Part shown: positions 38,213 to 47,532 of the stretch, piece by piece
Position numbering within the stretch: the stretch's first letter is position 1
Layout: the number at the start of each line of letters is the position of its first letter
Origin: Candidatus Micrarchaeota archaeon
Lineage (GTDB): Archaea; Micrarchaeota; Micrarchaeia; Anstonellales; Bilamarchaeaceae
Direction of reading: 5' to 3'
Length of the DNA stretch: 64,000 bases
Assembly (NCBI GenBank): GCA_043827025.1
Contig: JBDRPL010000006.1
Location: 14,204-78,203, forward strand
Program-made: the position numbers and the translations under genes
The notes under the pieces: generated by a model
The model's input: only the letters and a program-made list of their open reading frames with translations
The model's database searches: none
Told to the model about the DNA's origin: nothing

Positions 38213-39931
38213 ATGGTAATAGCAATGTTGCGCACCCCTATAGATGACCTTTTGGAATATCTTGCAAAAACCAAGACTGCGAATCTCGAGCAGATTTCAA
38301 AGGACCTCAAGTGGAATGTCCATTCACTTGAAAGGGTAATCCGTATCCTGGAGCAGGAAAAATATTTGGATGTCAGATATGCCATCAGCCCGTTTTCCAA
38401 GACAACAATCGGGTTGAAACCAATTTCTGAACTCAAGGAAAAAATAAAGCCAAAGGGAAAGCCGGTTTCTGATTATGTCATCATGGATTCAGGCCAGCAT
38501 CCGCTTGCTAAAGTTTTCATAATCCAGACTCAGGACGATTCCAGACCAACGTATCTCATAGACATGCCTGAGACTTCAATGCCTATGAAATCGTATATCA
38601 ACATATTGAGGAATGAAATCTCCGCAGACCTTCTTGATGAAGTATCAAAGGACAAGATGATCGAATTGGTTTCAATAAGGCTGAAGCAGGACATGCCTAT
38701 AGATGAAAAGGTACTTCCAGAGATATCTGGCATAATGATCCGCGAGATGTATGGTCTCGGAGATATAGATATCTTGGTGAGCGATGTCCTGCTTGAAGAA
38801 ATAGTGGTCAATTCAGCAAAAAATCCTGTTGCCGTTTATCATAGGAAGTTTGGCTGGCTCAGGACCAACATATTTCTTGTTAGTGAGGATCAGATATCAA
38901 ACATATCTGCCCAAATCGCCAGGAGGATTGGAAAACAGATAAGCATACTCAATCCTATTCTTGATGCGCACCTTGAGACTGGCGATCGTGTAAATGCAAC
39001 CCTTTCCCCTGTATCTGAAGGTAATACAATTACCATGAGGCTTTTTGCAAGGGATCCCTGGACGATAGTTAGCCTGATAAGCTCTCACACATTCTCAGTG
39101 GAGATGGTTGCACTTCTCTGGCAGGCAATACATTACGAGATGAATGTCATAGTTGGAGGAGGTACAGGAAGCGGAAAGACAAGCAGTCTTAACAGCCTTC
39201 TTGCACTCATTCCATCTTATCAAAGGATAATCACAATAGAAGATACAAGAGAGTTGGTGCTTCCGAAGTTTCAGTGGAACTGGGTGCCAATGGTAACAAG
39301 GCCTCCGAACCCAGAAGGGCTTGGAGAAGTCACAATGCTTGACCTCGTCGTCAATTCTTTGAGGATGAGGCCTGACAGGATAATCATGGGAGAAATCAGA
39401 AGAAAGAAAGAGGCAGAAGTTCTTTTCGAGGCAATGCACACAGGACATTCTGTCTATGGCACAATACATGCAAATACTGGTGCGCAGGTGCTGAAGAGAT
39501 TGATAGAGCCTCCTATAGAGGTGCCTCAATCCGAGGTTGAAGATATAACTTTATTGATAGTCCACTACAGGGACAGAAGGAAGAATGTAAGGCGCGCTCT
39601 TGAACTTTCCGAAGTGCTTCCGGGCACTGATTCACCGAAAGTCAACCAGTTGTATCATTGGAGGCCGAGGACAGATACCTTCGAGACTGTGAAGGAGCCT
39701 CACAGGTATTATGAAGAGCTTAATCTTAACACAGGCATGACTCCAAATGAAATAATCGATGACCAGAAGAAGAAGCAGATGGTTCTTGAGTGGATGGTCA
39801 AGAATAACCTTGCAGATATAAATCAGGTCGGTCTTGTGATGAAGGATTATTATTCCGATGATTCGGACCTGGTTGATTCAATAAAGAAGAAATATACTCC
39901 TAAAAAGATATTTGGTGATGAACTCGTATGA
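38213..39931 (+). CDS. Type IV pilus assembly ATPase (VirB11/TadA-like) with N-terminal wHTH-like domain
   Basis: GGTGSGKT, TIEDTREL, LRMRPDRIIMGEIR, TGH..YGTIHA. Confidence 0.94.
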   Translation: MVIAMLRTPIDDLLEYLAKTKTANLEQISKDLKWNVHSLERVIRILEQEKYLDVRYAISPFSKTTIGLKPISELKEKIKPKGKPVSDYVIMDSGQHPLAKVFIIQTQDDSRPTYLIDMPETSMPMKSYINILRNEISADLLDEVSKDKMIELVSIRLKQDMPIDEKVLPEISGIMIREMYGLGDIDILVSDVLLEEIVVNSAKNPVAVYHRKFGWLRTNIFLVSEDQISNISAQIARRIGKQISILNPILDAHLETGDRVNATLSPVSEGNTITMRLFARDPWTIVSLISSHTFSVEMVALLWQAIHYEMNVIVGGGTGSGKTSSLNSLLALIPSYQRIITIEDTRELVLPKFQWNWVPMVTRPPNPEGLGEVTMLDLVVNSLRMRPDRIIMGEIRRKKEAEVLFEAMHTGHSVYGTIHANTGAQVLKRLIEPPIEVPQSEVEDITLLIVHYRDRRKNVRRALELSEVLPGTDSPKVNQLYHWRPRTDTFETVKEPHRYYEELNLNTGMTPNEIIDDQKKKQMVLEWMVKNNLADINQVGLVMKDYYSDDSDLVDSIKKKYTPKKIFGDELV

Positions 39932-40833
39932 GCCAGATGATAAAGATTCCTTTTTTGCTAGTCCCTCCGAAAGCAATAGAATCCCATAGCAGGCTCATGG
40001 CAATCGGCAGGGCCTCAAGAAAAATAACTCCTAATCTAAAGAATAATCTTCAGGCATTATATTATACTATTTCTCCGGAATCTTATTTCATGGCATGCCT
40101 TCTTTCATCGCTGGCATACATTTTCGTTTTTTGCATCCTGGTTTTTTCAGTGCTTTTAGTTTTCACTATGGACGCCCCGATGGATGACACATTCACAAAA
40201 TCCCTTGCCCTTGGGTTTATTTTTGGGTTCATGTTTTTCATGCTTTTGCTTATGTACCCCTCTATCCTTGTCAAGAAGATAAGTGCCAAGAAAAACAAGA
40301 ATGTTCTTTTTGCTCTGAGGGAGGTTGTTTTGAGCGTGGAAAGTGGCATAACCCTTTTCGATTCTATGAAGAATGTTTCCACAGTTGCAGACTATGGATT
40401 TGTTGCTGATGATTTTAGGAGGGTCGTGAAGAAGATAGAGTCTGGTTATTCTGAAAAGGAGGCATTGCAGGAGATTGCCATAACCAACCAGAATGAGTAT
40501 ATGAAACGGGCAGCATGGCAGATAATAAATTCTATTGAAACAGGTTCGCAGGTAGGCCCAACACTTGGAACTGTGATTGATGCGCTTGAGAAACAGATTT
40601 ATAGGGAAATCCGCATCTATTCCTCCAACTTGAATTTCATTATGCTTGTTTATCTTCTTGGTGCGGCAGCCCTTCCTTCAATTGGAATCGCTTTCCTTGT
40701 TTTGCTGTCTTTGTTTGGAGGGCTTGGAGTCGACACAAGCACAATTGGGCTTCTTGTTGGAACTTCAGTCGTTTTTCAGATTGTGGTTATAGGTTACGTC
40801 AACAGCACGAGGCCAGATCTTTTCGGTGGTTGA
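39928..40833 (+). CDS. Type IV pilus platform protein (TadB/TadC, T2SS-F family)
   Basis: TM-helical bundle-TM layout; directly after the ATPase. Confidence 0.88.
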   Translation: MSQMIKIPFLLVPPKAIESHSRLMAIGRASRKITPNLKNNLQALYYTISPESYFMACLLSSLAYIFVFCILVFSVLLVFTMDAPMDDTFTKSLALGFIFGFMFFMLLLMYPSILVKKISAKKNKNVLFALREVVLSVESGITLFDSMKNVSTVADYGFVADDFRRVVKKIESGYSEKEALQEIAITNQNEYMKRAAWQIINSIETGSQVGPTLGTVIDALEKQIYREIRIYSSNLNFIMLVYLLGAAALPSIGIAFLVLLSLFGGLGVDTSTIGLLVGTSVVFQIVVIGYVNSTRPDLFGG

Positions 40834-41817
40834 ATGCTTGAACACCTTTTCATTCCTATAGCCAGGCTTTTTGGCCAGGGTTTCATAACTAATGCAAGAA
40901 CAAAACTTTCCTATGCAGGTATCAGCACTGATGCAGAGGTGTGGCTGGGTTCAGCTATTTCATTGCCTTTGTTTGTATCTTTGTTTGGGGCTGCAGTAAC
41001 CTATCTTATGGTTCCTGTTAACAAGGAGTTCAACACCATAATTGTATTTTCAGGTGTCCTCATGCTTACCCTTATTTTAGGCTACATCGAGATTTTTTTC
41101 AAGATTGCCAACAGGGTGAAGAAAGTGGAGGCTGTGTTGCCTGATTTCCTTTTGCTGATAGGTTCAAATCTTCGGGCAGGCATGACGCCTTATTCTGCAT
41201 TCATGTCTTCAGCAAGGCCTGAATTCAACCCATTGTATGAGGAAGTGAAAAAACTTTCCAATGTAGTGAGCTCGAAAACATCTCTGGGCGAAGCCCTTTA
41301 TATGCTTACGAATAGGTTCGATTCACAGATACTTAGGAAAACAATCGGCTTGTTTTCAAAAGGTTCGAAATCCGGAGCTCATCTGGCTGACCTGTTGTTT
41401 TCCAATGCTGAGGAGATAAGGAAAATACACGAATTGAGGCAGGAGTTGATCTCATCCACTCGCTCATATTCCGTGTTTTTGGCATTCATCGTAGTTTTTG
41501 TAATGCCCTTTCTTCTTTCCATCTCCATCCATTTTCTCACTGTTTTTTCAACGATTCAAGAGGATATTGGCATAAGCGGAGATCTCAGTGCAGGCGTAAT
41601 CATATTCAGCGGCCAGGTGGGAATAACTTCTGAGGAAATGCTTGCAATAGCATCAATAACCCTTGCACTCACCACGTTCTTTGCATCTCTGCTTATGGGC
41701 GTCATCAACACTGGAAAGGCGCTGTATGGCATAAAGTACTTTTTTATAATGCTCCTTCCTGCATTCGTATTTTTCTTCTTTGCACAGCAGATAATACAAT
41801 CGACGGTTCCATTTTGA
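40834..41817 (+). CDS. Type IV pilus platform protein (TadC, T2SS-F family)
   Basis: VE..LPDFL...SNLRAGMTP..A...ARPEF motif. Confidence 0.9.
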   Translation: MLEHLFIPIARLFGQGFITNARTKLSYAGISTDAEVWLGSAISLPLFVSLFGAAVTYLMVPVNKEFNTIIVFSGVLMLTLILGYIEIFFKIANRVKKVEAVLPDFLLLIGSNLRAGMTPYSAFMSSARPEFNPLYEEVKKLSNVVSSKTSLGEALYMLTNRFDSQILRKTIGLFSKGSKSGAHLADLLFSNAEEIRKIHELRQELISSTRSYSVFLAFIVVFVMPFLLSISIHFLTVFSTIQEDIGISGDLSAGVIIFSGQVGITSEEMLAIASITLALTTFFASLLMGVINTGKALYGIKYFFIMLLPAFVFFFFAQQIIQSTVPF

Positions 41818-41880
41818 GATTTAATCTAAGACAACCCAATAGATTATAAGCATGCTCCCAGATAAATGCACGGTGAATTC

Positions 41881-42339
41881 ATGGTTAATATCAAAGGTCA
41901 AATCTCTACTGAATATTTAGTTATACTTGCAGTTGTATTGGTCATTGCATTGGTTGTTGTATATATCCTTAGCCAGTCTGTTGCAGGCGTTTCAGGCACA
42001 ATCGAAAAAACGAATCAGGCATATTGGGCAGGACAATCCCCCATTGCAGTCACTGGCTACACAGCATCAGGAGTTGCATTGAAATTGACATTGAAGAATG
42101 TTGATGCGCAGAAGTTGACTGTGACAAGCATTGCAGGAAGCGGAATCTCCACCCTTTCACAGAATGTCACATTTGAAATCGGTGAAGAAAAGGAAGTAGC
42201 TCTTGCACTTGACAGTATCTGCATTCCTGCAACGCCCTTTGAATATAAGGACATAACTTTCACATATGCTAAAGGCACTTCAACAGGTTTAGTGGAATCA
42301 GGGGCGAAATCCGTTATGGGAAAATGTGCATCTAGCTGA
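41881..42339 (+). CDS. Major pilin paralog 1
   Basis: KG|QISTEYLVILAVVLVIALVVV; own TATA and GGTGA RBS. Confidence 0.9.
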   Translation: MVNIKGQISTEYLVILAVVLVIALVVVYILSQSVAGVSGTIEKTNQAYWAGQSPIAVTGYTASGVALKLTLKNVDAQKLTVTSIAGSGISTLSQNVTFEIGEEKEVALALDSICIPATPFEYKDITFTYAKGTSTGLVESGAKSVMGKCASS

Positions 42340-42396
42340 GGCAGTTCGGAATGAAATATTTATAAGCGTATTCTCCCATACTCTTTTGGTGATATA

Positions 42397-42849
42397 ATGT
42401 TTAGTAAGAAAGGCCAGGTCTCCACAGAGTATTTAGTTATTCTTGCGGTAGTACTGGTTATTGCTTTAGTTGTAGTATACATACTAAGCCAATCAAGCAG
42501 CGGAGTCTCAAGCACTCTTGAGAAGACAAGTCAGGCATATTGGGCAGGACAATCCCCTATTGCAGTTACTGGCTATAAGGCAGCAACAACCACATTGACA
42601 GTAACCTTGAAGAATGTCGATGCACAGAAATTGACTGTTACGAATATCGTAGGAAGCGGTGTTACAGCATATACAACCAACGTTACATTGAATGTTGGTG
42701 AAGAAAAAGAAGTTGCATTAACCCTTCCAACTGCATGTACTTCAGGCGCTGCGTATGAGTATGATGATCTTGTGTTCACATATGCCAAAGGTGCATCAAC
42801 CGGCCTTATTGAAGCTGGAGACAAAGCACTTGTAGGAAAGTGTACATAG
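42397..42849 (+). CDS. Major pilin paralog 2
   Basis: KG|QVSTEYLVILAVVLVIALVVV; own TATA and GGTGA RBS; T-rich terminator follows. Confidence 0.9.
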   Translation: MFSKKGQVSTEYLVILAVVLVIALVVVYILSQSSSGVSSTLEKTSQAYWAGQSPIAVTGYKAATTTLTVTLKNVDAQKLTVTNIVGSGVTAYTTNVTLNVGEEKEVALTLPTACTSGAAYEYDDLVFTYAKGASTGLIEAGDKALVGKCT

Positions 42850-42974
42850 TTTCATTTTTTTTCATTTTATCTTTTTACCCTTTTACCCCTGTTTTGTCTA
42901 TGGGCTAATCCTTTCATAACGAATTAAAATCTAATCCTACAATAGTGCTACTATTCTTCAGGAGTGTGTTTTTT

Positions 42975-43976
42975 ATGAGAATAGCTATCAGCGGATTCGG
43001 ACGGATTGGAAAGATGTTTTTGCGTGCAGCAGTTGCCCAGAATGTTCTTGGCAATGGAATTGACATCGTTGCAATCAATACATTGAGCCCTATTGAAACA
43101 CATATCCATCTTTTCAAGCATGACTCTGCAATGGGTAAATTCAATGGCAAGGTCGAGATTGTGGATGGGGATCTAGTTGTCAATGGCCACAGAATCAAAT
43201 GGGTCAAGGAAGTCGATCCTCTGAAGTTGCCTTGGAAGGAATTGAAGATAGACCTTGTTTTAGAAAGCAGCGGAGAGTTCCGCTCTAGGGAAGATGCTGA
43301 GAAGCACCTAAAGGCAGGTGCACAGAAAGTCCTGATCTCTGCACCAGGCAAGGATGTTGATGCAACTATAGTTCCAGGTGTTAATGAGCACATACTCACC
43401 CCTGAGATGAAGGTTCTGTCGCTTGCATCTTGTACTACCAATGGCCTTGCCCCAGTTTTGAAAGTCATAGATCAAGTATGGGGGATAGAAAAGGGTTTCC
43501 TGAGCACCATCCATGCGTATACTAATGACCAGAGAATACTTGATGGGAGCCATAAGGACCTTAGGCGTGCAAGAGCTGCAGCTGTTAACATCATTCCAAC
43601 AACCACAGGTGCAGCAAAGGCAATAGGCCAGGTTTTGCCTCAGCTTGATGGCAAACTCGATGGAATCGCATTCAGGGTTCCAGTTATAGATGGTTCCATA
43701 AATGACATAACCCTGGTACTCAGGAAAGAGGCCAATGCAAAGGATGTGAATAAGGAATTGAAAAGGGCAAGCCATGAAGAGCTGAAAGGTATTATTGAAT
43801 ATACGGAAGAACCTATAGTTTCCTCAGATGTCATAGGCACCTCTTTTTCAGGGATAGTGGATGGTTTGCTGACAAAAGCGAATGGCAATCTTCTCAAGCT
43901 GTCTGTCTGGTATGACAATGAATTCGGTTATTCTAATAGGCTGGTAGATCTTGTCAAAAAACTTGCAAAAATGTGA
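42975..43976 (+). CDS. gap: Class I (bacterial-type) glyceraldehyde-3-phosphate dehydrogenase
   Basis: GFGRIG, ASCTTNGLAP, HAYTNDQ, RRARAAA.NIIPTTTGAAKA, WYDNEFGYS. Confidence 0.96.
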   Translation: MRIAISGFGRIGKMFLRAAVAQNVLGNGIDIVAINTLSPIETHIHLFKHDSAMGKFNGKVEIVDGDLVVNGHRIKWVKEVDPLKLPWKELKIDLVLESSGEFRSREDAEKHLKAGAQKVLISAPGKDVDATIVPGVNEHILTPEMKVLSLASCTTNGLAPVLKVIDQVWGIEKGFLSTIHAYTNDQRILDGSHKDLRRARAAAVNIIPTTTGAAKAIGQVLPQLDGKLDGIAFRVPVIDGSINDITLVLRKEANAKDVNKELKRASHEELKGIIEYTEEPIVSSDVIGTSFSGIVDGLLTKANGNLLKLSVWYDNEFGYSNRLVDLVKKLAKM

Positions 43977-43986
43977 GTGGTATTAG

Positions 43987-45003
43987 ATGAAGATACTCAC
44001 ACTAGATAATGAATTCATGAAGATTGCAGTGGATAACTTTGAGGATCTCTGGCATCTTGATAAGGTTCTGGAGCTAGGGGATGTGGCAGAAGCGTCTACA
44101 ATGCGCACAGTCAAATTCGGGAACAAGGAAGAGAAAAAGCCTGTTTTCATTGCAATAAAGATCGAGAAAATCGAGTTTTCAGAATCAGTTAATAGGCTTA
44201 GGCTACTTGGAAAAATTATTCGCGGAACACCTGAGGATCTTATACAGCTTGGAAAATATCATACTATTGAAGTAGAACCTGGTTCGAAGGTTGCCATAAT
44301 AAAGAAATGGAAGTCCTTTCAGATAAATAGATTGAAGCAGGCTGAGAAGGAGACCAGCAGACCCAAGATACGGGTTATTGTATTGGATGACGAACATGCT
44401 CTTTTTGCAGAAGTGCGTGGCAGCGGTATAAAGTATGGGTTAGAGATAAGGAATACGACTTCCAAGAAGGATGAGAAATATGAAGAAAGGGTACGCCAGT
44501 ATTTCGGCGACATAACAAAAGAGATCGAATCAACTAAAGAGAAATATATTGTTGCAGGCCCTGGCTTTTTCAAGGACAACCTCAAAAAATTCATACATGA
44601 TAAATACCCTCAGCTCCTCCAGAAGCTTATCTTCGAGAGTTGTAGCTATGCAGAAAGAAGCGGGGTTGATGAGCTTATGAAGAATGGGGCCCTTGAGAAA
44701 ATTCTTGGGCAGGAACGGATGCTGCAGGAAGCAAAAATGCTCGAAGAGTTCATGGCTAATGTGGGCAAGGACAATAATCTTTCTATTTATGGACTTGACC
44801 AGGTGAAGGATGCTGTGAATCATCATTCTGTGCAGAAGCTCCTTGTCCTGGACTCCTTATTAAGGAAATCCGAAGAAGTACAGCAGATCGTCGAAACGGT
44901 CGAGCATTTTGGAGGCAAAATATTTATATTTTCTTCTGAGAGTGATTATGGTATGCGTTTAAATGGCTTTGGAGGCATAGTTGCAATAGCCAGATTTAGG
45001 TGA
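43987..45003 (+). CDS. pelA: Pelota (aPelota) ribosome rescue factor
   Basis: EDLWHL, RLRLLGKI, GKYHT, AGPGFFK, FGGIVAIARF. Confidence 0.94.
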   Translation: MKILTLDNEFMKIAVDNFEDLWHLDKVLELGDVAEASTMRTVKFGNKEEKKPVFIAIKIEKIEFSESVNRLRLLGKIIRGTPEDLIQLGKYHTIEVEPGSKVAIIKKWKSFQINRLKQAEKETSRPKIRVIVLDDEHALFAEVRGSGIKYGLEIRNTTSKKDEKYEERVRQYFGDITKEIESTKEKYIVAGPGFFKDNLKKFIHDKYPQLLQKLIFESCSYAERSGVDELMKNGALEKILGQERMLQEAKMLEEFMANVGKDNNLSIYGLDQVKDAVNHHSVQKLLVLDSLLRKSEEVQQIVETVEHFGGKIFIFSSESDYGMRLNGFGGIVAIARFR

Positions 45004-45007
45004 TCAG

Positions 45008-46399
45008 ATGTCTGAAAACGGAAAAATGACAATTGCTAGAAAGGATTATCTCCTATGGGGAGGTTTGTTGTTATTGATAGTGCTTGCATCATATTTTTTG
45101 ATGTCCAGTCCGAACATTCCTGGTCCTGGTGAATTTGGGCCTTTAAACAAAACCAATACATCAGGTGTCATTCTTACTCCTGAGTTCGTGACTGTTTCAG
45201 CTGTTTCAATAAAAGCTGAAAATTGCGAGCTTTGCAAAGGCGATGAGAAGATGATTCAGATACTTAAGAACGCTTCATATTATAGTGATCTTAGGATAGG
45301 CGATGAACTCACACTTGATTATTCTTCTAAGGAAGCGCAGGATTATATCTCAAAATATAACCTTACTGTCTTTCCAACACTCATACTTTCAAAAGAGGCG
45401 AACCAAAGCCCGATATTCATGAAGGTTATGGATGCACCTAAATCACTCAGGGACTGGTCTATGGAATCCGATGGGGTATTTGTGCTTAGGAACCCTCCTG
45501 CACCTTATCAATCTAGAGGGGAGATGTACGGCATAGTGGAAGGCATTGAGATTGGAAGTAGCCAATGTCCAGCATGCACGGATTACAATCAGATCTACAA
45601 ATTCTTTAATCTAAAACAATTGTATTATACGATACAGAAATACAATGACACTGATCAGGAAGCCAAGGAGCTCATTGCCAAATACAACATAACTCAGATT
45701 CCTGTGCTATTGATTAACAAATCCATAGAGAAGAATGAACAAGATTTCGGTTACTTCAATGATTCCTATGGTGAATATTTTGATCTCCAGGGAGACTATT
45801 ATATCTTTAGGAATATTCCTCCGCCTTATTTTGACCTTATTGAAAATAGGATAAGGGAAGGGATGGTCAGTTTGGTTGAATTGAGCGACAGGTATTGCAC
45901 TGACTGCTATGCTGTCGCTGCGCATCAGCTTCTTCTGGAGGATGTCGGATTGTTTTTCATCAATATTGAACAATATGATATCAATGACATGGATGGATTT
46001 GAGATAATAAGGGAATATGGAATAAATAAATTTCCTACAGTGTTACTTTCAGAAGATGCAATGGATTATGCGAGAATAAGGGACAGCTGGCATAGGCTTG
46101 GCACAGAGGAGGCTGATGGCTGGCTGGTGTTCAGGAACATGACTCAAATAAAGACTACGAATTACACTTATCTGCCTGGCCCTACATTCACCCATTTTGC
46201 AGTGAACACATCCTCTCCTCTTACAGTAAGCATTGGAAACAGAACTGCTACCCATGTGGTTGGCCCATTCACTGCAACGACTCCGAACACATATGTTTTG
46301 ACAATAGTTTCAGCAGACAATGCAACCATAAGCAGGACGATCTCAGGGATGACAGATATCAATGTCGTCTATCAGGAAGGAATCTATATATTAAACTAA
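45008..46399 (+). CDS. Membrane-anchored protein with three thioredoxin-like CxxC repeats
   Basis: N-terminal TM; CELC, CPAC and CTDC, each followed by an I.[KE]Y.[IL]..[FI]P.[LV] motif. Confidence 0.75.
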   Translation: MSENGKMTIARKDYLLWGGLLLLIVLASYFLMSSPNIPGPGEFGPLNKTNTSGVILTPEFVTVSAVSIKAENCELCKGDEKMIQILKNASYYSDLRIGDELTLDYSSKEAQDYISKYNLTVFPTLILSKEANQSPIFMKVMDAPKSLRDWSMESDGVFVLRNPPAPYQSRGEMYGIVEGIEIGSSQCPACTDYNQIYKFFNLKQLYYTIQKYNDTDQEAKELIAKYNITQIPVLLINKSIEKNEQDFGYFNDSYGEYFDLQGDYYIFRNIPPPYFDLIENRIREGMVSLVELSDRYCTDCYAVAAHQLLLEDVGLFFINIEQYDINDMDGFEIIREYGINKFPTVLLSEDAMDYARIRDSWHRLGTEEADGWLVFRNMTQIKTTNYTYLPGPTFTHFAVNTSSPLTVSIGNRTATHVVGPFTATTPNTYVLTIVSADNATISRTISGMTDINVVYQEGIYILN

Positions 46400-46420
46400 A
46401 AAATAATTTTTTTATTTTAT

Positions 46421-47494
46421 TTAGGAACTTGTTATCATTTCCTGTTTTTTAGGAAGAACAAATTCGAATCTTTTTGCAAACTGCCTGTAGTGCCAATCCA
46501 TGTATCCTGCAAATCTTTTTGCAGCAAGTGTGCCAGGTATTCCAGCATATCCTTCGTACATGTGCGACCAGTTAATGCCTTTTCCACCATGGCATCGTAC
46601 TACCAGTGAAAGCACTGCATATAATGTATTATTTGTTATCTCATAGCCTGGCCCTTCCTCAGCTGGAAAATTCATCATTGCATAGCCGCCTAGTTTTCTT
46701 ATCGGACGGTTGAACATATACTTTTTTGCATATCTTGGATCTTTGTAATATGTATGTCTTGGTGTTAGCTGTATTCCGATCTGATATAAACCCACATATA
46801 CTGATTCACTGCGCTCTTTTTTCACTATCATAGTGGCATTCGGATAATAACCGCTTTCATGGTCAATTGTTGGCAAAATCCGTAATGGATCTATCCCATA
46901 TATATTCCCAATCATCACCGCGGCGATTGTTGCATGATATACGACTTGTCTTGTTATTTTTCTTTTTCCTTTGTAATATTCAAGCCTACCTTCTACAAAG
47001 TCATCTATTGCCTTTTCATTGATTCGCAATGACTCTGCAAGTGTTTCTGGAGTCACGCCTTCATGTGCGTTTACTATTCCTGCAAGTGTCCTGCACATTA
47101 CCTGGAAGTTTGCATTTTGGCTCATTTCAATCTCTAATTTTCTTCTCTCGTCATCATCCATAATAAGATCTGGATCTACAGTAGTCTCGCTGATTATGTC
47201 TTGATATTTTTTTGCTTCGTTTTCCCACCATTTTTTAGGTAGGGGTGATATTCTTTCCTTTATGTCAGGTACTGATTTCTCGAGAGCATTTGCTACTTCG
47301 CTTTCGCTATAATGCATTTTCTGTACTTCTGCCTCTGCCATATGGTAGATTCTTTTAATTTGTGTTGTGACTGCTCCTTCGGCTTGTGGGAGCATGATAA
47401 TATTGGCAAGAAGGGCAGTGCATGTACTAATTTTGCCTAGTATGCCTGGTTTTGAGGTATGACTTAAGCTGGGTGTTTTTTTTATTAATCGCAT
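46421..47494 (-). CDS. Lytic transglycosylase (SLT/lysozyme-like) domain protein, probably exported
   Basis: YGIDP...IDHESGYYPNA, GLYQI, NN.LYA..SL, W..MYEGY.G; hydrophobic N-terminal segment. Confidence 0.72.
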   Translation of the reverse strand: MRLIKKTPSLSHTSKPGILGKISTCTALLANIIMLPQAEGAVTTQIKRIYHMAEAEVQKMHYSESEVANALEKSVPDIKERISPLPKKWWENEAKKYQDIISETTVDPDLIMDDDERRKLEIEMSQNANFQVMCRTLAGIVNAHEGVTPETLAESLRINEKAIDDFVEGRLEYYKGKRKITRQVVYHATIAAVMIGNIYGIDPLRILPTIDHESGYYPNATMIVKKERSESVYVGLYQIGIQLTPRHTYYKDPRYAKKYMFNRPIRKLGGYAMMNFPAEEGPGYEITNNTLYAVLSLVVRCHGGKGINWSHMYEGYAGIPGTLAAKRFAGYMDWHYRQFAKRFEFVLPKKQEMITSS

Positions 47495-47532
47495 AACGTG
47501 TTTCTAAGTGGTTAAATTTATATTACTTGGTT

